This document shows, piece after piece, positions 45,701 through 59,500 of a stretch of DNA of 64,000 nt (position 1 is its first letter; each line of letters opens with the position of its first letter). The notes under the pieces are model-generated. The model ran no database searches. It had not been told where the DNA came from and was given only the letters and a program-made list of their open reading frames with translations. The stretch comes from Eledone cirrhosa (lineage: Eukaryota), in contig OZ024742.1 in assembly GCA_964016885.1 (NCBI GenBank), forward strand, positions 342,240,001 through 342,304,000, in the 5' to 3' direction. The position numbers were made by a program, and so were the translations under genes.

Positions 45701-48300
45701 TATGAAGTATGTGATATCCTGTGGTATGAAGTATGTGATATCCTGTGGTATGAAGTATGTGATCTACAGTGGTATGAAGTATGTGATCTCCTGTGATATG
45801 AAGTATGTCATCTACAGTGGTATCCAGTATGTGATCTACAGTGGTATGAAGTATGTGATCTCCGGGGGTATGAAGTATGTGATCTACAGTGGTATGAAGT
45901 ATGTGATCTCCAGTGGTATGAAGTATGTCAGCTCCAGTGGAATGAAGTATGTGATCTACAGTGGTATGAATTATGTGATCTACAGTGGTATGATGTATGT
46001 GATATCCAGTGGTATGAAGTATGTGATCTCCATTGGTATGAAGTATGTGATCTGCAGTGATATGAAGTATGTGATCTACAGTGGTATGAAGTATGTGATC
46101 TTCAGTGGTATGAAGTATGTGATCTCCAGTGCTATGAAGTATGTGATGTACAGTGGAATGAAGTATGTGATCTCCAGTGGTATGAAGTATGTGATCTCCA
46201 GTGGTATGAAGTATGTGATCTCCAGTGGTATGAAGTATGTGATCTCCAGTGGTATGAAGTATGTGATCTCCAGTGGTATGAAGTATGTGATCTACAGTGG
46301 TGTGAAGTATGTGATCTACAGTGGTATGAAGTATGTGATATCCTGTGGTATGAAGTATGTGATCTCCGTTGGTATGAAGTATGTGATCTCCAGTGGTATG
46401 AAGTATGTGATCTCCAGTGGTATGAAGTATGTGATCTCCTGTGGTATGAAGTATGTGATCTCCAGTGGTATGAAGTATGTGATCTACAGTGATATGAGGT
46501 ATGTGATCTACAGTGGTATGAAGTATGTGATCTCCTGTGATATGAAGTATGTGATCTACAGTGGTATGAAGTATGTGATATACAGTGGTATGAAGTATGT
46601 GATCTCCAGAGGTATGAAGTATGTGATCTACAGTGGTATGAAGTATGTGATCTACAGTGGTATGATGTATGTGATCTCCAGTGGTATGACGTATGTGATC
46701 TCCATTGGTATGAAGTATGTGATCTCCAGTGGTATGAAGTATGTGATCTACAGTGGTATGAAGTATGTGATCTCCAGTGGTATGAAGTATGTGATCTACA
46801 GTGGTATGGAGTATGTGATCTACAGTGGTATGAAGTATGTGATCTACAGTGGTATGAAGTATGTGATCTACAGTGGTATGAAGTATGTGATCTCCAGTGG
46901 TATGAAGTATGTGATCTCCAGTGGTATGAAGTATGTGATCTCCTGTGGTATGAAGTATGTGATCTACAGTGGTATGAAGTTTGTGATCTCCAGTGGTATG
47001 AAGTATGTCATCTACAGTGGTATGAAGTATGTGATATCCTGTGGTATGAAGTATGTGATATCCTGTGGTATGAAGTATGTGATCTCCAGTGGTATGAAGT
47101 ATGTGATCTCCAGTGGTATGAAGTATGTGATCTCCAGTGGTATGAAGTATGTGATCTCCAGTGGTATGAAGTATGTGATCTACAGTGGTATGAAGTATGT
47201 GATCTACAGTGGTATGAAGTATGTGATCTCCAGTGGTATGAAGTATGTGATCTCCGCTGGTATGAAGTATGTAATCTCCAGTGGTATGAAGTATGTGATA
47301 TCCTGTGGTATGAAGTATGTGATCTCCTGTGGTATGAGGTATGTGATCTACAGTGGTATGAAGTATGTGATATCCTGTGGTATGAAGTATGTGATATCCT
47401 GTGGTATGAAGTATGTGATCTCCAGTGGTATGTAGTATGTGATCTCCAGTGGTATGAAGTAAGTGATCTCCAGTGGTATGAAGTATGTGATCTCCAGTGG
47501 TATGAAGTATATGATCTTCAGTGGTATGAAGTATGTGATCTTCAGTGGTATGAAGTATGTGATCTACAGTGTTATGAAGTATGTGATCTACAGTGGTATG
47601 AAGTATGTGATCTACAGTGGTATGAAGTATGTGATCTACAGTGGTATGAAGTATGTGATCTACAGTGGTATGAATTATGTGATCTCCAGTGGTATGAAAT
47701 ATGTCAGCTCCAGTGGTATGAAGTATGTGATCTACAGTGGTATGAAGTATGTGATCTACAGTGGTATGAAGTATGTGATCTCCAGTGGTATGAAGTATGT
47801 GATCTACAGTGTTATGAAGTATGTGATCTCCAGTGGTATGAAGTATGTGATCTACAGTGGTATGAAGTATGTGATCTACAGTGGTATGAAGTATGTCAGC
47901 TCCAGTGGTATGATGTATGTGATCTCCAGTGGTATGAAGTATGTGATCTCCAGTGGTATGAAGTATGTAATCTCCAGTGGTATGAAGTATGTGATATCCT
48001 GTGGTATGAAGTATGTGATCTCCTGTGGAATGAGGTATGTGATCTACAGTGCTATGAAGTATGTGATATCCTGTGGTATGAAGTATGTGATATCCTGTGG
48101 TATGAAGTATGTGATCTCCAGTGGTATGAAGTATGTGATCTCCAGTGGTATGAAGATTGTGATCTCCAGTGGTATGAATTATGTGATCTCGAGTGGTATG
48201 AAGTATGTGATCTTCAGTGGTATGAAGTATGTGATCTACAGTGGTATGAAGTATGTCATCTACAGTGGTATGAAGTATGTCATCTACAGTGGTATGAAGT
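35310..48300. repeat. About 6.3-kb tandem block duplication (offset 6,285, then 6,309, then 6,717 bp along its length)
   Basis: Minus-strand ORFs 35458/41743 (+6285). TCCGCT 36651/42960, 21-mer 37127/43436 and GTTGCT 38211/44520 (+6309). TCGAGT 41472/48189 (+6717). Confidence 0.88.
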
Positions 48301-49254
48301 ATGTGATCTACAGTGGTATGAAGTATGTGATCTACAGTGGTATGAAGTATGTGATCTACAGTGGTATGAATTATGTGATCTCCAGTGGTATGAAATATGT
48401 CAGCTCCAGTGGTATGAAGTATGTGATCTACAGTGGTATGAAGTATGTGATCTACAGTGGTATGAAGTATGTGATCTCCAGTGGTATGAAGTATGTGATC
48501 TCCAGTGGTATGAAGTATGTGATCTACAGTGGTATGAAGTATGTGATCTCCAGTGGTATGAAGTATGTGATCTACAGTGGTATGAAGTATGTGATCTACA
48601 GTGGTATGAAGTATGTGATCTACAGTGGTATGAAGTATGTGATCTACAGTGGTATGAAGTATGTCATCTCCAGTGGTATGAAGTATGTGATCTGTGGTAT
48701 GAAGTATGTTATCTACAGTGGTATGAAGTATGTGATCTCCAGTGGTATGAAGTATGTGATCTACAGTGGTATGAAGTATGTGATATACAGTGGTATGAAG
48801 TATGTGATCTCCTGTGGTATGAAGTATGTGATCTCCAGTGGTATGAAGTATGTGATCTCCTGTGGTATGAAGAATGTGATCTACAGTGGTATGAAGTATG
48901 TGATCTCCAGTGCTATGAAGTATGTGATCTACAGTGGTATGAAGTATGTCAGCTCCAGTGGTATGAAGTATGTGATCTCCAGTGGTATGAAGTATGTGAT
49001 CTACAGTGGTATGAAGTATGTGATCTCCAGTGGTATGAAGTATGTGATCTACAGTGGTATGAAGTATGTGATCTACAGTGGTATGAAGTATGTGATATCC
49101 TGTGGTATGAAGTATGTGATATCCTGTGGTATGAAGTATGTGATCTACAGTGGTATGAAGTATGTGATCTCCTGTGATATGAAGTATGTCATCTACAGTG
49201 GTATGCAGTATGTGATCTACAGTGGTATGAAGTATGTGATCTCCGGGGGTATGA

Positions 49255-50430
49255 AGTATGTGATCTACAGTGGTATGAAGTATGTGATCTCCAGTGGTAT
49301 GAAGTATGTCAGCTCCAGTGGTATGAAGTATGTGATCTACAGTGGTATGAATTATGTGATCTACAGTGGTATGATGTTTGTGATATCCAGTGGTATGAAG
49401 TATGTGATCTCCATTGGTATGAAGTATGTGATCTGCAGTGATATGAAGTATGTGATCTACAGTGGTATGAAGTATGTGATCTCCAGTGGTATGAAGTATG
49501 TGATCTCCAGTGGTATGAAGTATGTGATCGACAGTGGTATGAAGTATGTGATCTATAGTGGTATGAAGTATGTGACATCCTGTGGTATGAAGTATGTGAT
49601 CTCCTGTGGTATGAAGTATGTGATCTCCAGTGGTATGAAGTATGTGATCTACAGTGATATGAGGTATGTGATCTACAGTGGTATGAAGTATGTGATCTCC
49701 TGTGATATGAAGTATGTGATCTACAGTGGTATGAAGTATGTGATATACAGTGGTATGAAGTATGTGATCTACAGTGGTATGAAGTATGTGATCTCCAGTG
49801 GTATGAAGTATGTCAGCTCCAGTGGTATGAAGTATGTGATCTACAGTGGTATGAATTATGTGATCTACAGTGGTATGATGTTTGTGATATCCAGTGGTAT
49901 GAAGTATGTGATCTCCATTGGTATGAAGTATGTGATCTGCAGTGATATGAAGTATGTGATCTACAGTGGTATGAAGTATGTGATCTTCAGTGGTATGAAG
50001 TATGTGATCTCCAGTGCTATGAAGTATGTGATCTACAGTGGAATGAAGTATGTGATCTCCAGTGGTATGAAGTATGTGATATCCTGTGGTATGAAGTATG
50101 TGATCTCCGTTGGTATGAAGTATGTGATCTCCAGTGGTATGAAGTATGTGATCTCCAGTGGTATGAAGTATGTGATCTCCAGTGGTATGAAGTATGTGAT
50201 CGACAGTGGTATGAAGTATGTGATCTATAGTGGTATGAAGTATGTGACATCCTGTGGTATGAAGTATGTGATCTACAGTGGTATGAAGTATGTGATCTCC
50301 AGTGGTATGAAGTATGTGATCTACAGTGATATGAGGTATGTGATCTACAGTGGTATGAAGTATGTGATCTCCTGTGATATGAAGTATGTGATCTACAGTG
50401 GTATGAAGTATGTGATATACAGTGGTATGA
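49255..50430. repeat. Short block duplication, offset 504 then 672 bp (21 and 28 monomers)
   Basis: The private ATGATGTTTG variant at 49377/49881 (+504) and the GAC marker at 49530/50202 (+672). Confidence 0.8.
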
Positions 50431-53400
50431 AGTATGTGATCTCCAGAGGTATGAAGTATGTGATCTACAGTGGTATGAAGTATGTGATCTACAGTGGTAT
50501 GATGTATGTGATCTCCAGTGGTATGAAGTATGTGATCTCCATTGGTATGAAGTATGTGATCTCCAGTGGTATGAAGTATGTGATCTACAGTGGTATGAAG
50601 TATGTGATCTCCAGTGGTATGAAGTATGTGATCTACAGTGGTATGGAGTATGTGATCTACAGTGGTATGAAGTATGTGATCTACAGTGGTATGAAGTATG
50701 TGATCTACAGTGGTATGAAGTATGTGATCTCCAGTGGTATGAAGTATGTGATCTCCAGTGGTATGAAGTATGTGATCTCCTGTGGTATGAATTATGTGAT
50801 CTACAGTGGTATGAAGTTTGTGATCTCCAGTGGTATGAAGTATGTGATCTACAGTGGTATGAAGTATGTGATATCCTGTGGTATGAAGTATGTGATATCC
50901 TGTGGTATGAAGTATGTGATCTCCAGTGGTATGAAGTATGTGATCTCCAGTGGTATGAAGTATGTGATCTCCAGTGGTATGAAGTATGTGATCTCCAGTG
51001 GTATGAAGTATGTGATCTACAGTGGTATGAAGTATGTGATCTACAGTGGTATGAAGTATGTGATCTCCAGTGGTATGAAGTATGTGATCTCCGTTGGTAT
51101 GAAGTATGTAATCTCCAGTGGTATGAAGTATGTGATATCCTGTGGTATGAAGTATGTGATCTCCTGTGGTATGAGGTATGTGATCTACAGTGGTATGAAG
51201 TATGTGATATCCTGTGGTATGAAGTATGTGATATCCTGTGGTATGAAGTATGTGATCTCCAGTGGTATGTAGTATGTGATCTCCAGTGGTATGAAGTAAG
51301 TGATCTCCAGTGGTATGAAGTATGTGATCTCCAGTGGTATGAAGTATATGATCTTCAGTGGTATGAAGTATGTGATCTTCAGTGGTATGAAGTATGTGAT
51401 CTACAGTGTTATGAAGTATGTGATCTACAGTGGTATGAAGTATGTGATCTACAGTGGTATGAAGTATGTGATCTACAGTGGTATGAAGTATGTGATCTAC
51501 AGTGGTATGAATTATGTGATCTCCAGTGGTATGAAATATGTCAGCTCCAGTGGTATGAAGTATGTGATCTACAGTGGTATGAAGTATGTGATCTACAGTG
51601 GTATGAAGTATGTGATCTCCAGTGGTATGAAGTATGTGATCTACAGTGTTATGAAGTATGTGATCTCCAGTGGTATGAAGTATGTGATCTACAGTGGTAT
51701 GAAGTATGTGATCTACAGTGGTATGAAGTATGTCAGCTCCAGTGGTATGATGTATGTGATCTCCAGTGGTATGAAGTATGTGATCAACAGTGGTATGAAG
51801 TATGTGATCTCCTGTGGTATGAAGTATGTGATCTCCTGTGGTATGAAGTATGTGATCTCCAGTGGTATGAAGTATGTGATCTACAGTGGTATGAAGTATG
51901 TGATCTACAGTGGTATGAAGTATGTGACATCCTGTGGTATGAAGTATATGATCTCCATTGGTATGAAGTATGTGATCTCCAGTGGTATGAAGTATGTGAT
52001 CTCCAGTGGTATGAAGTATGTGATCTCCAGTGGTATGAAGTATGTGATCTACAGTGGTATGAAGTATGTGATCTACAGTGGTATGAAGTATGTGATATCC
52101 TGTGGTATGAAGTATGTGATCTACAGTGGTAGGAAGTATGTGATCTACAGTGGTATGAAGTATGTGATCTCCTGTGGTATGAAGTATGTGATCTCCAGCG
52201 GTATGAAGTATGTGATCTACAGTGATATGAGGTATGTGATCTACAGTGGTATGAAGTATGTGATCTCCTGTGACATGAAGTATGTGATCTACAGTGGTAT
52301 GAAGTATGTGATCTACAGTGGTATGAAGTATGTGATCTACGGTGGTATGATGTATGTGATCTCCAGTGGTATGAAGTATGTGATCTCCATTGGTATGAAG
52401 TATGTGATCTCCAGTGGTATGAAGTATGTGATCTACAGTGGTATGAAGTATGTGATCTCCAGTGGTATGAAGTATGTGATCTACAGTGGTATGAAGTATG
52501 TGATCTACAGTGGTATGAAGTATGTGATCTACAGTGGTATGAAGTATGTGATCTACAGTGGTATGAAGTATGTGATCTCCAGTGGTATGAAGTATGTGAT
52601 CTCCAGTGGTATGAAATATGTGATCTCCAGTGGTATGAAGTATGTGATCTACAGTGGTATGAAGTATGTCAGCTCCAGTGGTATGAAGTGTGTGATCTCC
52701 AGTGGTATGAAGTATGTGATCTACAGTGGTATGAAGTATGTGATCTCCAGTGGTATGAAGTATGTGATCTACAGTGGTATGAAGTATGTGATATCCTGTG
52801 GTATGAAGTATGTGATATCCTGTGGTATGAAGTATGTGATCTCCAGTGGTATGAAGTATGTGATCTCCAGTGGTATGAAGTATGTGATCTCCAGTGGTAT
52901 GAAGTATGTGATATCCTGTGGTATGAAGTATGTGATCTCCAGTGGTATGAAGTATGTGATCTCCAGTGGTATGAAGATTGTGATCTCCAGTGGTATGAAG
53001 TATGTGATCTCCAGTGGTATGAAGTATGTGATCTTCAGTGGTATGAAGTATGTGATCTACAGTGGTATGAAGTATGTCATCTACAGTGGTATGAAGTATG
53101 TCATCAACAGTGGTATGAAGTATGTGATCTACAGTGGTATGAAGTATGTGATCTACAGTGGTATGAAGTATGTGATCTACAGTGGTATGAATTATGTGAT
53201 CTCCAGTGGTATGAAATATGTCAGCTCCAGTGGTATGAAGTATGTGATCTACAGTGGTATGAAGTATGTGATCTACAGTGGTATGAAGTATGTGATCTCC
53301 AGTGGTATGAAGTATGTGATCTCCAGTGGTATGAAGTATGTGATCTACAGTGGTATGAAGTATGTGATCTCCAGTGGTATGAAGTATGTGATCTACAGTG

Positions 53401-56400
53401 GTATGAAGTATGTGATCTACAGTGGTATGAAGTATGTGATCTACAGTGGTATGAAGTATGTGATCTACAGTGGTATGAAGTATGTGATCTCCAGTGGTAT
53501 GAAGTATGTGATCTCCAGTGGTATGAAGTATGTGATCTGTGGTATGAAGTATGTTATCTACAGTGGTATGAAGTATGTGATCTCCAGTGGTATGAAGCAT
53601 GTGATCTACAGTGGTATGAAGTATGTGATATCCTGTGGTATGAAGTATGTGATATACAGTGGTATGAAGTATGTGATCTCCTGTGGTATGAAGTATGTGA
53701 TCTCCAGTGGTATGAAGTATGTGATCTCCTGTGGTATGAAGAATGTGATCTACAGTGGTATGAAGTATGTGATCTCCAGTGCTATGAAGTATGTGATCTA
53801 CAGTGGTATGAAGTATGTCAGCTCCAGTGGTATGAAGTATGTGATCTCCAGTGGTATGAAGTATGTGATCTACAGTGGTATGAAGTATGTGATCTCCAGT
53901 GGTATGAAGTATGTGATCTACAGTGGTATGAAGTATGTGATCTACAGTGGTATGAAGTATGTGATATCCTGTGGTATGAAGTATGTGATATCCTGTGGTA
54001 TGAAGTATGTGATCTACAGTGGTATGAAGTATGTGATCTCCTGTGATATGAAGTATGTCATCTACAGTGGTATGCAGTATGTGATCTACAGTGGTATGAA
54101 GTATGTGATCTCCGGGGGTATGAAGTATGTGATCTACAGTGGTATGAAGTATGTGATCTCCAGTGGTATGAAGTATGTCAGCTCCAGTGGTATGAAGTAT
54201 GTGATCTACTGTGGTATGAATTATGTGATCTACAGTGGTATGATGTATGTGATATCCAGTGGTATGAAGTATGTGATCTCCATTGGTATGAAGTATGTGA
54301 TCTGCAGTGATATGAAGTATGTGATCTACAGTGGTATGAAGTATGTGATCTTCAGTGGTATGAAGTATGTGATCTCCAGTGCTATGAAGTATGTGATCTA
54401 CAGTGGAATGAAGTATGTGATCTCCAGTGGTATGAACTATGTGATCTCCAGTGGTATGAAGTATGTGATCTCCAGTGGTATGAAGTATGTGATCTCCAGT
54501 GGTATGAAGTATGTGATCTCCAGTGGTATGAAGTATGTGATCTACAGTGGTGTGAAGTATGTGATCTACAGTGGTATGAAGTATGTGATATCCTGTGGTA
54601 TGAAGTATGTGATCTCCGTTGGTATGAAGTATGTGATCTCCAGTGGTATGAAGTATGTGATCTCCAGTGGTATGAAGTATGTGATCTCCAGTGGTATGAA
54701 GTATGTGATCGACAGTGGTATGAAGTATGTGATCTATAGTGGTATGAAGTATGTGACATCCTGTGGTATGAAGTATGTGATCTCCTGTGGTATGAAGTAT
54801 GTGATCTCCAGTGGTATGAAGTATGTGATCTACAGTGATATGAGGTATGTGATCTACAGTGGTATGAAGTATGTGATCTCCTGTGATATGAAGTATGTGA
54901 TCTACAGTGGTATGAAGTATGTGATATACAGTGGTATGAAGTATGTGATCTCCAGAGGTATGAAGTATGTGATCTACAGTGGTATGAAGTATGTGATCTA
55001 CAGTGGTATGATGTATGTGATCTCCAGTGGTATGAAGTATGTGATCTCCATTGGTATGAAGTATGTGATCTCCAGTGGTATGAAGTATGTGATCTACAGT
55101 GGTATGAAGTATGTGATCTCCAGTGGTATGAAGTATGTGATCTACAGTGGTATGGAGTATGTGATCTACAGTGGTATGAAGTATGTGATCTACAGTGGTA
55201 TGAAGTATGTGATCTACAGTGGTATGAAGTATGTGATCTCCAGTGGTATGAAGTATGTGATCTCCAGTGGTATGAAGTATGTGATCTCCTGTGGTATGAA
55301 GTATGTGATCTACAGTGGTATGAAGTTTGTGATCTCCAGTGGTATGAAGTATGTGATCTACAGTGGTATGAAGTATGTGATATCCTGTGGTATGAAGTAT
55401 GTGATCTACAGTGGTATGAAGTATGTGATCTGCTGTGGTATGAAGTATGTGATCTCCAGTGGTATGAAGTATGTGATCTCCTGTGGTATGAAGAATGTGA
55501 TCTACAGTGGTATGAAATATGTGATCTCCAGTGGTATGAAGTATGTGATCTACAGTGGTATGAAGTATGTCAGCTCCAGTGGTATGAAGTATGTGATCTC
55601 CAGTGGTATGAAGTATGTAATCTCCAGTGGTATGAAGTATGTGATATCCTGTGGTATGAAGTATGTGATCTCCTTTGGTATGAGGTATGTGATCTACAGT
55701 GGTATGAAGTATGTGATATCCTGTGGTATGAAGTATGTGATATCCTGTGGTATGAAGTATGTGATCTCCAGTGGTATGAAGTATGTGATCTCCAGTGGTA
55801 TGAAGTAAGTGATCTCCCGTGGTATGAAGTATGTGATCTCCAGTGGTATGAAGTATGTGATCTTCAGTGGTATGAAGTATGTGATCTACAGTGGTATGAA
55901 CTATGTGATCTACAGTGTTATGAAGTATGTGATCTACAGTGGTATGAAGTATGTGATCTACAGTGGTATGAAGTATGTGATCTACAGTGGTATGAAGTAT
56001 GTGATCTACAGTGGTATGAATTATGTGATCTCCAGTGGTATTAAATATGTCAGCTCCAGTGGTATGAAGTATGTGATCTACAGTGGTATGAAGTATGTGA
56101 TCTACAGTGGTATGAAGTATGTGATCTCCAGTGGTATGAAGTATGTGATCTCCAGTGGTATGAAGTATGTGATCTACAGTCGTATGAAGTATGTGATCAC
56201 CAGTGGTATGAAGTATGTGATCTACAGTGGTATGAAGTATGTGATCTCCAGTGGTATGAAGTATGTCAGCTCCAGTGGTATGATGTATGTGATCTCCAGT
56301 GGTATGAAGTATGTGATCAACAGTGGTATGAAGTATGTGATCTCCTGTGGTATGAAGTATGTGATCTCCTGTGGTATGAAGTATGTGATCTCCAGTGGTA

Positions 56401-56559
56401 TGAAGTATGTGATCTCCAGTGGTATGAAGTATGTGATCTCCGGTGGTATGAAGTATGTGATCTACAGTGGTATGAAGTATGTGATCTACAGTGGTATGAA
56501 GTATGTGATCTCCAGTGGTATGAAGTATGTGATCTCCAGTGGTATGAAGTATGTGATCT

Positions 56560-59500
56560 ACAGTGGTATGAAGTATGTGATCTACAGTGGTATGAAGTAT
56601 GTGATCTCCAGTGGTATGAAAGTATGCGATCTCCAGTGGTATGAGTATGTGATCTACAGTGGTATGAAGTATGTGATCTACAGTGATATGAAGTATGTGA
56701 TCTACAGTGGTATGAAGTATGTGATATCCTGTGGTATGAAGTATGTGATCTCCATTGGTATGAAGTATGTGATCTCCAGTGGTATGAAGTATATGATCTC
56801 CAGTGGTATGAAGTATGTGATCTACAGTGGTATGAAGTATGTGATCTACAGTGGTATGAAGTATGTGATCTACAGTGGTATGAAGTATGTGATATCCTGT
56901 GGTATGAAGTATGTGATATCCTGTGGTATGAAGTATGTGATCTCCATTGGTATGAAGTATGTGATCTCCAGTGGTATGAAGTATGTGATCTCCAGTGGTA
57001 TGATGTATGTGATCTCCAGTGGTATGAAGTATGTGATCTATAGTGGTATGAAGTATGTGATCTACAGTGGTATGAAGTATGTGATATCCTGTGGTATGAA
57101 GTATATGATCTCCATTGGTATGAAGTATGTGATCTCCAGTGGTATGAAGTATGTGATCTACAGTGGTATGAAGTATGTGATCTCCAGTGGTATGAAGTAT
57201 GTGATCTACAGTGGTATGAAGTATGTGATCTACAGTGGTATGAAGTATGTGATATCCTGTGGTATGAAGTATGTGATCTACAGTGGTATGAAGTATGTGA
57301 TCTACAGTGGTATGAAGTATGTGATCTCCTGTGGTATGAAGTATGTGATCTCCAGTGGTATGAAGTATGTGATCTACAGTGATATGAGGTATGTGATCTA
57401 CAGTGGTATGAAGTATGTGATCTCCTGTGATATGAAGTATGTGATCTACAGTGGTATGAAGTATGTGATCTACAGTGGTATGAAGTATGTGATCTCCAGT
57501 GGTATGAAGTATGTGATCTACAGTGGTATGAAGTATGTGATCTACAGTTGTATGATGTATGTGATCTCCAGTGGTATGAAGTATGTGATCTCCATTGGTA
57601 TGAAGTATGTGATCTCCAGTGGTATGAAGTATGTGATCTACAGTGGTATGAAGTATGTGATCTCCAGTGGTATGAAGTATATGATCTACAGTGGTATGAA
57701 GTATGTGATCTACAATGGTATGAAGTATGTGATATCCTGTGGTATGAAGTATGTGATCTACAGTGGTATGAAGTATGTGATCTACAGTGGTATGAAGTAT
57801 GTGATCTCCTGTGGTATGAAGTATGTGATCTCCAGTGGTATGAAGTATATGATCTCCATTGGTATGAAGTATGTGATCTCCAGTGGTATGAAGTATGTTA
57901 TCTACAGTGGTATGAAGTATGTGATCTCCAGTGGTATGAAGTATGTGATCTACAGTGGTATGAAGTATGTGATCTACAGTGGTATGAAGTATGTGATCTC
58001 CAGTGGTATGAAGTATGTGATCTGCAGTGACATGAAGTATGTGATCTCCAGTGGTATGAAGTATGTGATCTCCAGGGGTATGAAGTATGTGATCTACAGT
58101 GGTATGAAGTATGTGATCTACAGTGGTATGAAGTATGTGATCTACAGTGGTATGAAGTATGTGATATCTTGTGGTATGAAGTATATGATCTCCATTGGTA
58201 TGAAGTATGTGATCTCCAGTGGTATGAAGTATGTGATCTACAGTGGTATGAAGTATGTGATCTCCAGTGGTATGAATTATGTGATCTACAGTGGTATGAA
58301 GTATGTGATCTACAGTGGTATGAAGTATGTGATATCCTGTGGTATGAAGTATGTGATCTACAGTGGTATGAAGTATGTGATCTCCTGTGGTATGAAGTAT
58401 GTGATCTCCAGTGGTATGAAGTATGTGATCTACAGTGATATGAGGTATGTGATCTACAGTGGTATGAAGTATGTGATCTCCTGTGATATGAAGTATGTGA
58501 TCTACAGTGGTATGAAGTATGTGATCTACAGTGGTATGAAGTATGTGATCTCCAGTGGTATGAAGTATGTGATCTACAGTGGTCTGAAGTATGTGATCTA
58601 CAGTTGTATGATGTATGTGATCTCCAGTGGTATGAAGTATGTGATCTCCATTGGTATGAAGTATGTGATCTCCAGTGGTATGAAGTATGTGATCTACAGT
58701 GGTATGAAGTATGTGATCTCCAGTGGTATGAAGTATGTGATCTACAGTGGTATGAAGTATGTGATCTACAGTGGTATGAAGTATGTGATCTCCTGTGGTA
58801 TGAAGTATGTGATCTCCAGTGGTATGAAGTATGTGATCTACAGTGATATGAGGTATGTGATCTACAGTGGTATGAAGTATGTGATCTCCAGTGGTATGAA
58901 GTATGTGATCTACAGTGGTATGAAGTATGTGATCTCCAGTGGTATGAAGTTTGTGATCTCCAGTGGTATGAAGTATGTGATCTAGAGTGGTATGAAGAAT
59001 GTGATCTACAGTGGTATGAAATATGTGATCTCCAGTGCTATGAAGTATGTGATCTACAGTGGTATGAAGTATGTCAGCTCCAGTGGTATGAAGTATGTGA
59101 TCTCCAGTGGTATGAAGTATGTGATCTACAGTGGTATGAAGTATGTGATCTCCAGTGGTATGAAGTATGTGATCTACAGTGGTATGAAGTGTGTGATCTA
59201 CAGTGGTATGAAGTATGTGATATCCTGTGATATGAAGTATGTGATATCCGGTGGTATGAAGTATGTGATCTACAGTGGTATGAAGTATGTGATCTACAGT
59301 GGTATGAAGTATGTGATCTCCAGGGGTATGAAGTATGTGATCTACAGTGGTATGAAGTATGTGATCTACAGTGGTATGAAGTATGTGATCTACAGTGGTA
59401 TGAAGTATGTGATCTCCAGTGGTATGAAAGTATGTGATCTCCAGTGGTATGAAGTATGTGATCTCCAGTGGTATGAAGTATGTCAGCTCCAGTGGTATGA

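Noticed and set aside
15611-53540. Eight 3-bp deletions summing to exactly one monomer and restoring the 24-bp register
   Set aside because: The arithmetic holds, but no mechanism would sense register over 38 kb, so I treat it as coincidence.
1582-54759. Minus-strand (SHTSYH[W/C]R)n ORFs
   Set aside because: They start and stop at sporadic point variants and recur only because blocks were duplicated.
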